From NCBI GenBank assembly GCA_963555995.3, contig OY821641.1, forward strand, positions 2,976,001-3,040,000: a DNA stretch of 64,000 nt. Reading direction: 5' to 3'. Of the stretch, positions 1 through 9,553 are shown piece by piece (position 1 is the first letter of the stretch; every line of letters starts with the position of its first letter). The notes under the pieces were generated by a model, which saw only the letters and a program-made list of their open reading frames with translations, was not told where the DNA came from and ran no database searches. The stretch is from Vicinamibacteria bacterium (GTDB lineage: Bacteria > Acidobacteriota > Vicinamibacteria > Marinacidobacterales > Marinacidobacteraceae). Both the position numbers and the translations under genes were made by a program.

Positions 1-785
1 AACTCGGCGGACGACCAGAGCACCAGGTCTTCCGCGAGCCGGGAGAGATGCACCCCCAGGATGGCCCCCGCGGCGAGGAACTCCATCGCGTAGTCGCGGG
101 TTCCCACCGCGTCCACGCTGTTTTCGAGGACTTCCGCGAGGCCGAGCTCGTCGGCGATGGCCTGGCGATCCACCGGGTAGGGGTTCCCGGCAAGCGCGCC
201 CGCGCCCATCGGTGAGGCGGAGGCCCGCCGGCCGGCGGCCTCGAGACGCTCGCGGTCGCGCGTCAGGGCCCAGAAGTGGGACAGCAGGAGGTGTCCGAAG
301 ACCACCGGCTGGGCGCGCTGGAGATGGGTGTATCCCGGGACCAGGGTGTCCGCCGACTCCTCGGCCCGGACGAGCAGGGCCGTCCGCAGCCGGTCGAGTC
401 CCACAACCAGCGACGACGTCGCGCTCGTCAGGTAGAGCCGGAACTCCGTCTGGGAGAGATCGTTCCGGCTCCGCCCGGTCGGGAGTTTCCGCGCCAGTTC
501 GCCGATCTCGTCGCCGAGCAGCCGCTCGACCGCGGTGTGGATGTCCTCGTCGTCGAGGGGCGGCGGCGGATCGGCGCCGAGCGCCGCGGCCACCCGGTCG
601 AGTCCCGCCAGCATCCGCTCGAGTTCGCCGGCATCCAGCAACCCCGCCCCGGCCAGCGCACGGGCGTAGGCCTGGTTGACGCGGATCTCCTCCGCGTGCA
701 GCCGGCGGTCGAAGTGGACGGACTTCCCCAGCCGGTCGAGCGCGCCGGCCGGCGGCGCGGCGAACCGGCCGCCCCAGAGCTTCAT
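1..785 (-). CDS. argH: Argininosuccinate lyase (3' part runs off the window edge)
   Basis: Not in the ORF track. Manual translation from ATG at 785 gives MKLWGGRF, then DEDIHTAVE, TGRSRND, PGYTHLQ, GAGALAG, HLSRLAEDL. ATGA overlap with the argG stop. Confidence 0.95.
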   Translation of the reverse strand, partial: MKLWGGRFAAPPAGALDRLGKSVHFDRRLHAEEIRVNQAYARALAGAGLLDAGELERMLAGLDRVAAALGADPPPPLDDEDIHTAVERLLGDEIGELARKLPTGRSRNDLSQTEFRLYLTSATSSLVVGLDRLRTALLVRAEESADTLVPGYTHLQRAQPVVFGHLLLSHFWALTRDRERLEAAGRRASASPMGAGALAGNPYPVDRQAIADELGLAEVLENSVDAVGTRDYAMEFLAAGAILGVHLSRLAEDLVLWSSAE

Positions 786-1996
786 GATTCCTCGTTCGGC
801 GCGTCCGCGCCGGACAGACGCCGGATGCGCTCGGGAAGGCCGAAGAGGCGGATGAACCCCTCGGCGTCCGACTGCCGGTACACCTCGTCGGCGCCGAAGG
901 TCGCGAAGTCTTCCCGGTAGAGGCTCTTCGGGCTCTTGCGTCCCACCGCCTGGGCGACGCCCCGGTGGAGGCGCACCCGGACCGTCCCCGTCGTGTTCCG
1001 GTGCGCCTCGGCGAAGAAGGCGTCGAGGGCCTCCCGGAGCGCCGAGAACCACTTGCCGTCGTACACCAGCTCGGCGTAGCGAAGCGCGACGGAAGCGGCG
1101 AAATGGTCGGTCGCCCGGTCGAGGGTGAGGCTCTGGAGGGCGGCCTTCGCTTCGTGGAGGATCGTGCCGCCCGGGGTCTCGTACACCCCGCGCGACTTCA
1201 TCCCGACCAGCCGGTTCTCGACGATGTCCACCCGGCCGACCCCGTGCCGCGCCCCCGCCTCGTTCAGCCGGGTGAGCAGGGCGGCCGGGGCGAGGCGCTC
1301 GCCGTCCACCGCCACCGGGATTCCGCTCGCGAAACCGACGTCCACCGCCTCCGGGTCCGGCTCCGTGCGGTCCGGATTCCGGGTGATGCGGTAGAGGCTC
1401 GCCGGCGGGGCGTTCCAGGGATCCTCCAGGTCCTCGCCCTCGTGGCTCAGGTGCAGGAGGTTCTGGTCGCGGCTGTAGAGGTCGCCCGCCTTCTGTTCGA
1501 CGGGCACGCCGTGCTGCGCCGCGTAGGCGAGGGCGTCCTCCCGCGACCGGATATCCCAGAGGCGCCAGGGGGCGATCACCTCGAGATCCGGGGCGAGCGC
1601 GTGGAAGGCAAGCTCGAAGCGGACCTGGTCGTTCCCCTTCCCGGTGCAGCCGTGGGCCACCGCGTCGGCGCCTTCCCGCCGGGCGACGTCCACTTGGTAC
1701 TTGGCGATCGTCGGCCGGGCGAGCGAGGTGCCGAGCAGGTAGCGGCCCTCGTACACGGCGCCGGCCCGCACCGCCGGAAAGACGTAGTTGCCCACGAACT
1801 CGTCGCGGAGGTCCTCGACGAACACCGCGGCGGCCCCGGAGGCGATCGCCTTCTCCGACGCGGCCTCGAGGTCCTCGTTCTGGCCCACGTCGGCGATGAC
1901 CGCGAGGACCTCGGCGTCGTAGTTCTCCCGGAGCCAGGGGATGGCGCAGGAGGTGTCAAGGCCGCCGGAATAGGCGAGGGCGATACGTTTTGGCAT
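782..1996 (-). CDS. argG: Argininosuccinate synthase
   Basis: Motifs LAYSGGLDTS, HGCTGKGNDQVRF, ENRLVGMKSRGVYETPGG. Start moved to MPKRIAL at 1996. Confidence 0.97.
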   Translation of the reverse strand: MPKRIALAYSGGLDTSCAIPWLRENYDAEVLAVIADVGQNEDLEAASEKAIASGAAAVFVEDLRDEFVGNYVFPAVRAGAVYEGRYLLGTSLARPTIAKYQVDVARREGADAVAHGCTGKGNDQVRFELAFHALAPDLEVIAPWRLWDIRSREDALAYAAQHGVPVEQKAGDLYSRDQNLLHLSHEGEDLEDPWNAPPASLYRITRNPDRTEPDPEAVDVGFASGIPVAVDGERLAPAALLTRLNEAGARHGVGRVDIVENRLVGMKSRGVYETPGGTILHEAKAALQSLTLDRATDHFAASVALRYAELVYDGKWFSALREALDAFFAEAHRNTTGTVRVRLHRGVAQAVGRKSPKSLYREDFATFGADEVYRQSDAEGFIRLFGLPERIRRLSGADAPNEES

Positions 1997-2109
1997 GGCG
2001 ATACGGGTCCGAATCCGGCGCGCGGAATGGGGGAAGCGGCAACGGGCTGCGTGAATCCGGAGCAGCGCGAAGGGCGGGAAACGAGCCGGGGCGCGGAGAA
2101 TACTGTCTC

Positions 2110-3048
2110 GTGACCTTCTGGCGGCGCAGGAAACCGAGATGGCCATCGGGGGAGTCCCGCTCCGATCCGTTCGGGGAGTCGCGGTTCCGCGAGGTCCCGG
2201 AGCCGGAGGCGCCGCCGGACGAGGAGTGGACCGGCCCCGACCCGGAGTCCGGGACCTACGAACCCTGGGAGAGCGACGATTTCACGCAACCGGAGGGCTC
2301 GGACGCCGGGGAGTACGACCCGGAACTGGAGGAGGAGGAAGAGGACCGGCCCGGCGTCATCCGGGGCGTCTTCTTCGGCCGGCCGGCGCGGGGAGCACCG
2401 GATACCGAGGCCGCACAGCCGCACGTCGTCTCGACCATCCTCTCGAAGAAGCCCGGGAAGGACGCCGCCCGGGCGGTCGCCGGGACGCTCGGGATCCTCG
2501 CGGTGGTGAGCGCGCTCTACTGGTGGGGGCCGCCGGGCTTCGCGGCGGCGCTCCCCGCGAGCGGCGAGACGGTGTTCGAACGGGGGGAAACCTGGCGCCT
2601 CCTGACCGCGATCGCGGCGCACGCCGACGCCATCCATCTGCTCTCGAACGCCGTCTTCCTCACCTGGCTGATCTACCTCTCCTACGGGGCGTTCGGCCCC
2701 AGCCTCTATCCGTGGAGCGCCGTGCCGCTCTCGGCGGTCGCGCTCGCGGTGACGCTCGAGGGGTATCCGCCGAACATCCGGGTGGTCGGGGCGTCCGGGA
2801 TGCTCTATCTGCTCGCCGGCGCCTGGCTGACGCTCTATGTGCTGGTGGAGCGCCGGCTCTCGGTGGCCAAGCGGATCGTGCGGGTGGTCGGGTTCTTTCT
2901 CGTCGTCCTCGTCCCGACCTCGATCCGTCCCGAAGTGAGTTACCGGGCGCACGGGATCGGATTGTTCTTCGGCATCTGTCTCGGCCTTGCCTACTTCCTG
3001 GCCCGCCGGGACACCATCCGGGCGGGGGAGCGGTGGGAGTGGGATTAG
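2110..3048 (+). CDS. Rhomboid family intramembrane serine protease with acidic N-terminal extension
   Basis: WRLLT, HLLSN, GASG and AHGIG rhomboid motifs plus several TM segments. Start uncertain (ORF open from 1990; GTG at 2110 chosen). Confidence 0.85.
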   Translation: MTFWRRRKPRWPSGESRSDPFGESRFREVPEPEAPPDEEWTGPDPESGTYEPWESDDFTQPEGSDAGEYDPELEEEEEDRPGVIRGVFFGRPARGAPDTEAAQPHVVSTILSKKPGKDAARAVAGTLGILAVVSALYWWGPPGFAAALPASGETVFERGETWRLLTAIAAHADAIHLLSNAVFLTWLIYLSYGAFGPSLYPWSAVPLSAVALAVTLEGYPPNIRVVGASGMLYLLAGAWLTLYVLVERRLSVAKRIVRVVGFFLVVLVPTSIRPEVSYRAHGIGLFFGICLGLAYFLARRDTIRAGERWEWD

Positions 3049-3107
3049 CTGGAGCCCGCCGCACGGATGCGCGAGGTTGCGACGTGCGCGGCGCGGAGCG
3101 CCGCGGT

Positions 3108-3130
3108 GCCGGTCTGGAGACCGGCGTTCC
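3108..3130. repeat. REP-like palindrome (GCCGGTCTGGAGACCGGCGTTCC)
   Basis: Intergenic hairpin. Near-identical copies at about 29031-29053 and 57099-57121; looser ones at about 8133-8155, 8239-8260, 28864-28890 and 51713-51747. Confidence 0.6.
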
Positions 3131-3157
3131 AAGCCGGCGCGCCATTGCGCCGGGCTG

Positions 3158-3838
3158 TCAATCCTCCGGGCGGGAGCGCGGGGTGACGGCGGCGGCGCGT
3201 TCGGAGACCTTGGTGTAGAGCCGGGCCAGGTTGCCGCGCAGGATCGGGTCGTCGCGGAAGGCTTCGGCCTTCTGCACCAGGGGCAGCAGGGAATCGGGCT
3301 CCGGGTCCGGTGAGCGGTCGAGGATTTCCCGCAGTTCGTCGAGTTCGATCGCGGGACGGCGGACGCCGCTCGCCTTCCAGCGCCGGGCGATGCCGGTGAT
3401 TACGGACTGCCGGTCCGCGCCGCGGAACAGCAGGAGCCGGAACGGGTCGGCCGCGAAGTGCTCGGCGATCAGGAGGAGGGCGCGCGCCAGCGTCTCGGAA
3501 GGGCAGTCATACGGACCCAGGACCAGGCGGCTGGGCGGAGGCACGAGCCGCACTCCCTGGCGGGCGAGGACCGACTTGGCCGATCGGGGCAGGTAGCCCG
3601 CGAAGAGGGCGGCGGGATAGAGCGCCTGCTCGGCGAAGACCTCGAAGAAGGCCCGCCACCGCCGCCGGTCCAGGACCGGCGTTTCCAGCAGGACCTCGGT
3701 CGGCCGGAATCCACGCCCCTCCACGAGCACCTGCACGGTGCCGGGAACGACGTTCACCTGGCCCCGGGCACGCCCCTCGGCGCCGTTCCGCGAGGCCCGG
3801 AGGAAGTCCGCCGCCCACCACGGCAGTCCGTCGCTCAT
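3158..3838 (-). CDS. SWIM-family-like partner of SNF2 helicase, zinc ligands degenerate
   Basis: Starts MSDGLPWW with ATGA overlap on the helicase stop. EHFAADPFRLLLFRG resembles the ERFDEDPF..F.LRG motif of helicase-associated SWIM proteins. Confidence 0.7.
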   Translation of the reverse strand: MSDGLPWWAADFLRASRNGAEGRARGQVNVVPGTVQVLVEGRGFRPTEVLLETPVLDRRRWRAFFEVFAEQALYPAALFAGYLPRSAKSVLARQGVRLVPPPSRLVLGPYDCPSETLARALLLIAEHFAADPFRLLLFRGADRQSVITGIARRWKASGVRRPAIELDELREILDRSPDPEPDSLLPLVQKAEAFRDDPILRGNLARLYTKVSERAAAVTPRSRPED

Positions 3839-6800
3839 TCGGCAACCGCCTCCGGGGCGAGCACCAGCACGTTCTGGAGCGCCTCGGCGGACAGCGAGGT
3901 CAACCAGCCCTCTCCCGTCCCGATCACCGACTCGGCGAGCGCGGACTTCCGCTCGAGGAGGTCGGCGATGCGCTCCTCCAGCGTGCCGGTGCACAGGAAC
4001 TTGTGGACCAGCACCCGCTTGCTCTGGCCGATCCGGAACGCCCGGTCGGTGGCCTGGTTCTCGACCGCGGGGTTCCACCAGCGGTCGTAGTGCACCACGT
4101 GGCTCGCCCGGGTGAGATTGAGGCCGTAGCCGCCGGTCTTGAGCGACACCACGAGCACCGGCGGCGGGTCCGCCGCTTCCTGGAAGCGGGTCACGATGGC
4201 GTCCCGCTCCCGGAGCGAGACCGACCCGTGAAGCACCGGAATCTCGGCATCCAGCACGTTCGAAAGATACGGAGCCAGCAACTTCGCCATCTCCGCGAAC
4301 TGCGTGAAGACCAGCGCCCGCTCCCCCTGCTGGACAACCTCGGTCAGGATCTCGACGAGGCGCGTCAGCTTCCCGGACCGCCCCGACAGCAGCCCGCCCG
4401 CAGCCAGGAAGTTCTCGGGGTGGTTGCAGATCTGCTTGAGGCGGGTCAGGGTGCGCAGGATCTCGCCGCGCCGGGCGAAGCCGGTGTTGCGTTCGATCCG
4501 CTCGAGGCACTGGTCCACGGCCGCCTGGTAGAGCGAGGCCTGCTCGACGGTGAGGTTGCAATAGACGCGGGTCTGGTGTTTCTCCGGCAGGTCGCGGATG
4601 ACCTTGGGGTCGGTCTTGAGCCGGCGCAAGATGAAGGGACGGACGAGCCGGCGGAGCTCCTCGGTCGCCTCCGGGTCCTGCGCGCCTTCGACGGCGGCGG
4701 TGAAGGTCCGCCGGAAGGTGCGTTCCGGACCCAGGAAACCCGGGTTCAGGATCTCCATGATGGACCAGAGATCGGTGAGGCGGTTCTCGAGCGGCGTCCC
4801 GGTGAGCGCGAAGCGGATGGGCGCCCGGAGCCGGCGGACCGCCCGCGTCTGCTTGGCCCCCGGGTTCTTCAGGTTCTGCGCCTCATCCACGATGAGGCCG
4901 CCCCACTCCACGTCGCGCAACTGGTCGAAGTCGCGGTGGGTGATCCCGAAGGAACACACCACGAGGTCGCTCTCGTCGAGCGCCCGCGACAGTTCGGCGC
5001 CGCGCGACCGTCCCGCGCCCTGGCGGACGTGAAGGCGCAGCGAGGGGGCGAAGCGCTCGGTTTCCTTCCTCCAGTTGGCGACGATGGAGTTGGGGCACAC
5101 GAGGAGCCACGGCCGCGTCAGGCGGCCTGCCTCCTGCTCCCCGAGCAGGAAGGTGAGGGCCTGACAGGTCTTGCCGAGCCCCATGTCGTCCGCGAGACAG
5201 CCGCCAAGGCCGTGGTCCGCCAGCAGGCGCAGCCAGCCGTAGCCGACCCGCTGGTAGGGCCGGAGTTCCGTCTTCAGGCCGGACGGCGGATCGAGCGGTC
5301 CCAGCTCCTCCGCGGCCGCTTCGAGGGCGTTGAACAGCGATCCGATCCAGGCCTCGCCCTCGATCTGCGACAGCACCGGCGCCGCTTCCTCCGGCTCGAA
5401 GAGGTCGGGCGCCGGCGAAGCGAGCCGCAGCCGCTCGCGAAGCGCGTCCCGCAGCACCGGAGACCGGTCCGCGTGCGCCCGGCGGCGCGCCGCCTCGGTG
5501 AAGAGCCGGTTCACGGCGTCCTGGTCCAGCTCCACCCAGGCGTCGCTCGCCCGCACCAGCCGCCGTTTTCCGCGGGTCAGCCGCCGGAACTCGTCCAGCG
5601 TCCAGGTGTGGTCGTCAATGGCCACCTCCCAGGCGTAGTTCACCAGCGCGTCGAGGCCGACGCCCCCACCGGGAGCCGACCCGCCCAGTTCCGCCGCCCG
5701 CACGGTGCGCGGGACCGGACCGGAGGAACCGGTGTCCGGCCGGACGGTGAGCCGCAGGGTCGGTTTCCGCCCGCGCCGTCCGGCGAGGGTGGGCGGGATG
5801 CGGACCTCGAACCCCCGGCGCGCCAGCGCTTCCTGCCCCTCGTGGAGGAACTCGTACGCCTCGGCGGCCGATACCGGGACGTCCTCGGGACCCGCGCACT
5901 CGAGGCCGCGTTCGAGCAACGGGCAGGCGCGCGCCGCCCGGCCCAGGTTCTCGAGGAGCGGGATCGCCGGGTCGGCGATGCCGAAGCGGCGGAGGTTGGC
6001 CGCCGCGTCGCGGGCGTTCCAGACCTCGCCGAGCGGCGCGAGGACCTCCCCGGCGGAAGCCGCAGCGCCCACCTCCGCCGCGGCGCCACCGGGGTCCGGA
6101 GGAATCACGAGCCCGAAGCGGATCCGCCAGCGGAGCGCGTCGGGGTCCGCCGCGGCGGGCTTCGTCTCGGACTCCTCGGCCGGGGGTTCGAGCAGGAAGA
6201 CCAGCCGCGCGCTGCCGACCGCTCCCGCATCCGGGTCCGCCGTCCCGCCGCCGAGCGCGTCGTCCACGCGCCAGAGCGCCTCGGCGCCCTCGCCGTCCAG
6301 CCCGCCGGAGGCGCCCGAGAAAAGGTCATCGAGGACCCGCTCGAGGACTTCCCGCCGGTCGCCGGGGGCGCCCGCCGCCCCCGGCGACCAGCCGAGGCGC
6401 CGCCCCGCGTCGCGAATGACGCTGTCGCCGAGCGCCACCAGATAGCCGCTGATGGCCGTCTCGGCGTCCAGTCCGCCGAGGGCCGCCGGCGGCGCCGCGA
6501 GCCGCAGCGCGTCGAGTTCCCGCTGCTGGGAGCCGAGGTCCGCCCGCCAGAGCGCGGCGCCGTCACTCCCGTTCTGGTGAACCGTGGGACGGAAGCGGCC
6601 GCGGGACAGCAGCCCCAGCAGGAAGCGGCTGGCCAGCGACCAGAAGCGAAGCGACGCCGACCGGAAATCGGGATCGCCCTCGCGCGGCGCGCAGGCCGCG
6701 AGCGTTGCCGCCGCTTCGAGCGGCGCCAGCGTCAGTCCGGGACCACCGGAATCCGGCGAACCGGACTCGAGGGCGGCCGGCTCGACCCGGGCCGGCCAAC

Positions 6801-6966
6801 GGTCTCCCACCCGCCGGCCGAGCCACGCCGAGAGCTCGCCGGGCGGCACGCCGGGCGCCCAGAAGTGGAGATGCCCGGTGGTCGCCAGCGTGGCTTCGAG
6901 ACGGAAGGAAGGGGCCGGGCGGGACAGAATCGGCCAGTGTACGACAGCCTGTGGCCCGCACTTCAA
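3835..6966 (-). CDS. SNF2/SWI2-family helicase
   Basis: LADDMGLGKT, DEAQ, LTGTP and QATDRAFRIGQ motifs. Start codon uncertain. Confidence 0.95.
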   Translation of the reverse strand: MKCGPQAVVHWPILSRPAPSFRLEATLATTGHLHFWAPGVPPGELSAWLGRRVGDRWPARVEPAALESGSPDSGGPGLTLAPLEAAATLAACAPREGDPDFRSASLRFWSLASRFLLGLLSRGRFRPTVHQNGSDGAALWRADLGSQQRELDALRLAAPPAALGGLDAETAISGYLVALGDSVIRDAGRRLGWSPGAAGAPGDRREVLERVLDDLFSGASGGLDGEGAEALWRVDDALGGGTADPDAGAVGSARLVFLLEPPAEESETKPAAADPDALRWRIRFGLVIPPDPGGAAAEVGAAASAGEVLAPLGEVWNARDAAANLRRFGIADPAIPLLENLGRAARACPLLERGLECAGPEDVPVSAAEAYEFLHEGQEALARRGFEVRIPPTLAGRRGRKPTLRLTVRPDTGSSGPVPRTVRAAELGGSAPGGGVGLDALVNYAWEVAIDDHTWTLDEFRRLTRGKRRLVRASDAWVELDQDAVNRLFTEAARRRAHADRSPVLRDALRERLRLASPAPDLFEPEEAAPVLSQIEGEAWIGSLFNALEAAAEELGPLDPPSGLKTELRPYQRVGYGWLRLLADHGLGGCLADDMGLGKTCQALTFLLGEQEAGRLTRPWLLVCPNSIVANWRKETERFAPSLRLHVRQGAGRSRGAELSRALDESDLVVCSFGITHRDFDQLRDVEWGGLIVDEAQNLKNPGAKQTRAVRRLRAPIRFALTGTPLENRLTDLWSIMEILNPGFLGPERTFRRTFTAAVEGAQDPEATEELRRLVRPFILRRLKTDPKVIRDLPEKHQTRVYCNLTVEQASLYQAAVDQCLERIERNTGFARRGEILRTLTRLKQICNHPENFLAAGGLLSGRSGKLTRLVEILTEVVQQGERALVFTQFAEMAKLLAPYLSNVLDAEIPVLHGSVSLRERDAIVTRFQEAADPPPVLVVSLKTGGYGLNLTRASHVVHYDRWWNPAVENQATDRAFRIGQSKRVLVHKFLCTGTLEERIADLLERKSALAESVIGTGEGWLTSLSAEALQNVLVLAPEAVAE

Positions 6967-7005
6967 GCAGAAACTTAACTGTTGTGGATTTGCTGCTGAG
7001 AGCGG

Positions 7006-7917
7006 CTATTCCCGCGCTTCGAACGCGACCGTCGCGACCAGCGGGCAGTGGTCCGAGAGCCGGTCGCGCGCCGCCTCCGGCGCCCCGTAGAGCACCTCGG
7101 TGAATGCCCGGAAGCCGGCTTCCCGGCCCGGCGGCGGGAAGGCGACGATGTGGTCCACATGGTGATCGAAGCGGCCGTCCCAGCACGCGGGCGAGCGGCC
7201 CGGGGGCGGGAGAACGAGCGCCTCGCCGGGCATGCCGGCCGCCGCCTCGTCGCCCGGGCGGGACAGGAACCGGTTCCAGTCGCCCGCCACCACGGTGGGG
7301 ATTTGCTCCTCGATGCGTTCGAAGAGCCAGCCCCCCAGGACGGCGAACTGCATCCGCAGGAAGCCGCACTGCCGTTTGCCGGAACGGAGCGGTTCGCCGG
7401 GGCAGCCGGACTGGAAGTGGACGGTGAGCATCCGCACCCGCTCGTCGCCCCGGGTGAGCGTGAGGTCCACCCCGTGCCGGTCGCGGCCCTGCGGGGACCA
7501 CTCGATGACGTCCGGGTGCCGTTCGGCGCGCCAGCCCGCCGAGCGGCGCACCACGACGGCGGTGCGCTGGGACCATTCCGGATCGGTCGCGCGCGTCGAG
7601 AGGAAGAGGTCCCAGTCGTCCGCCGGGAAGATCCGGCGGACCGCGGCCGCGTTCTCGACCTCCTGAAGCCCGACCACTTCGACATCGAGGGCGACAAGCC
7701 GCGCCACGACGCCCCGGAGCCGCTCGAAATCGGCCTTCTGCCGCAGGAACCGGCCGCCGCGCCGGTTGCCCCGAAGCACCCCGTCCCGGACCCCGTCTCC
7801 GAACCAGGCGATGTTCCAGGTCGCGACGGTGATCTCGGTGGGCAGTTGCCCCGCGGCGACTCCGGACCCGAGCAGGACCAGGACGAGGACCGCCGCCGGG
7901 CAACACGAGCGCTTCAC
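7006..7917 (-). CDS. Secreted endonuclease/exonuclease/phosphatase family protein
   Basis: Signal-like N-terminus; ATWNI, LQEV, GDWN, VDHI and SDH motifs. GTG start at 7917 inferred. Confidence 0.85.
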   Translation of the reverse strand: MKRSCCPAAVLVLVLLGSGVAAGQLPTEITVATWNIAWFGDGVRDGVLRGNRRGGRFLRQKADFERLRGVVARLVALDVEVVGLQEVENAAAVRRIFPADDWDLFLSTRATDPEWSQRTAVVVRRSAGWRAERHPDVIEWSPQGRDRHGVDLTLTRGDERVRMLTVHFQSGCPGEPLRSGKRQCGFLRMQFAVLGGWLFERIEEQIPTVVAGDWNRFLSRPGDEAAAGMPGEALVLPPPGRSPACWDGRFDHHVDHIVAFPPPGREAGFRAFTEVLYGAPEAARDRLSDHCPLVATVAFEARE

Positions 7918-8170
7918 CGCCCGCACCTTACAAGGACACAAGCCGCACGCCGGCTCGGAGCGCCGGCCTCTGGCCGGCATCGCTCCCCGCAGGGGAGCGT
8001 GACACGCAACCCCACCGACCCGGATGGCGTGATCCCAACCGAGAACGGCGCAACGCCGCCCCAAAACAGCCGAACGTAGCCCCATTCACGGGGAGGAGCG
8101 CCCTCAGCGCGGGTTTCGCGCTCCCGCGCGATGCCAGCCGGAGGCTGGCGCTCCGAGCCCGAGCCATTTC

Positions 8171-8214
8171 CGCCGTTTTCATGACCGGCGGGGTGTGCAG
8201 GACGACCGATCATG
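8171..8214. repeat. Dispersed intergenic hairpin repeat (TTTTCATGACCGG...CCGATCATG)
   Basis: Related copies at 51668-51710 (reverse) and 52505-52549. Confidence 0.5.
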
Positions 8215-8283
8215 AAGGTTTCGCGCTCCGCTCGGCAGCCGGCCGGAAGGCTGGCGCTCCGACGCGGACCGGCGGAACGCGGG

Positions 8284-9453
8284 TTAGCTGGTAGGCGGGG
8301 CGTGGGCGACCCGGGGAGGGCGGTGCGCCTTCAGTCCGAAGGGACTGAGGTCCCGTCGCTGCGGCCGTTCCAGGGCGAGGTCCGCCACGATGCGGCCGAC
8401 CACGCCGCAGAACTTGAAGCCGTGGCCCGAGAACCCGGCGGCGACGAACACGTTCTCGTGGTCCGGGTGGCGGTCGAGGATGAAGTGCCCGTCCGGGCTG
8501 TTGGTGAACAGGCACGCCGTCATGCGGCGCGTGGGACCGTTCGCCCGCGGGAAGAACGCCTCGATCCCCTCGCGCAGGACGGCCTCGTCCTCCGGGCGGC
8601 ACTCCCGGTCCATGGCGTCCGGGTCGGGAACCTCCTGCCGGAGGTGGTGGAATCTGCCGATCTTGAACCCCTCGCCGCCGTTGTCGGGAAAGCCGTAGAA
8701 GTTGCCGACCGCCGACTCCAGCACGAACACCGGGAACCGCTCCGGGGCGAACGCCGGCGGGTCGAGCGGGTCCGTCCACAGCATGACCTGCCGCACCGGC
8801 CGGCACATCAGCCGCAGCGCGGGCAGCAGCTCGCCCGCCCACGCGCCGGCGGTGATCACGAGCTTCCGGGCCTCGTAGCGAGCGTCTTCGGTCTCGACCC
8901 GCACGCCCCCCGGAACCGGGTCCCAGCCGCGCACCCGGACGCCGGTGGCGATGTCGGCGCCGAGGGAGCGCGCCGCCGCCGCGTGGACCCGGATCGCCGT
9001 TTCGCAGAGCAGGTACCCGGCATCCCGCTGGTGGATCGCGCGCATCCCCGCCGGGAGCTCACAGCCCGGGAACCGGCGGTTCACCTCCCGGCCGTCGAGT
9101 TCCTCGAACGACAGACCGTGTTCGATGCAGGACGCCAGAGACCCCTGGACGATTCCCCCCGACGGCGGCCCGACATCGAGGCCGCCGGTCACCCGGAGGA
9201 TGGACTCCCCGGAGACCTCCTCCAGTTCCCGCCAGAGGCGATAGGCCTCGCGCAGCAGCGGGACGTAGTGGGAACCCTCGGAATAGGCGAGCCGGATGAT
9301 CCGGGTCAGGCCGTGGGAGGAGCCGAACGAATGCGGGATGTCGAACCGCTCGACCCCGAGCACCCGCGCGCCGCTCTTCGCCAGGTGGTAGACGGCGGCG
9401 CTCCCCATCCCGCCGACGCCGATGACGATGGCGTCGTAGAGGGGCGAACTCAC
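8284..9453 (-). CDS. solA: N-methyl-L-tryptophan oxidase / monomeric sarcosine oxidase-like flavoprotein
   Basis: IVIGVGGMG FAD motif, GSSHGLTRIIRLAY, CLFTNSPDGHF, GFSGHGFKF. Confidence 0.85.
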   Translation of the reverse strand: MSSPLYDAIVIGVGGMGSAAVYHLAKSGARVLGVERFDIPHSFGSSHGLTRIIRLAYSEGSHYVPLLREAYRLWRELEEVSGESILRVTGGLDVGPPSGGIVQGSLASCIEHGLSFEELDGREVNRRFPGCELPAGMRAIHQRDAGYLLCETAIRVHAAAARSLGADIATGVRVRGWDPVPGGVRVETEDARYEARKLVITAGAWAGELLPALRLMCRPVRQVMLWTDPLDPPAFAPERFPVFVLESAVGNFYGFPDNGGEGFKIGRFHHLRQEVPDPDAMDRECRPEDEAVLREGIEAFFPRANGPTRRMTACLFTNSPDGHFILDRHPDHENVFVAAGFSGHGFKFCGVVGRIVADLALERPQRRDLSPFGLKAHRPPRVAHAPPTS

Positions 9454-9553
9454 GAGGCAACCGTTCCTGGGCGTCACCCGGCCAGCAACCCGCCAGGGGC
9501 GCCAGCCGGGGACAGATGGTTCAGGTTACCTGTGTTGTCGCGCGATGACCCCC

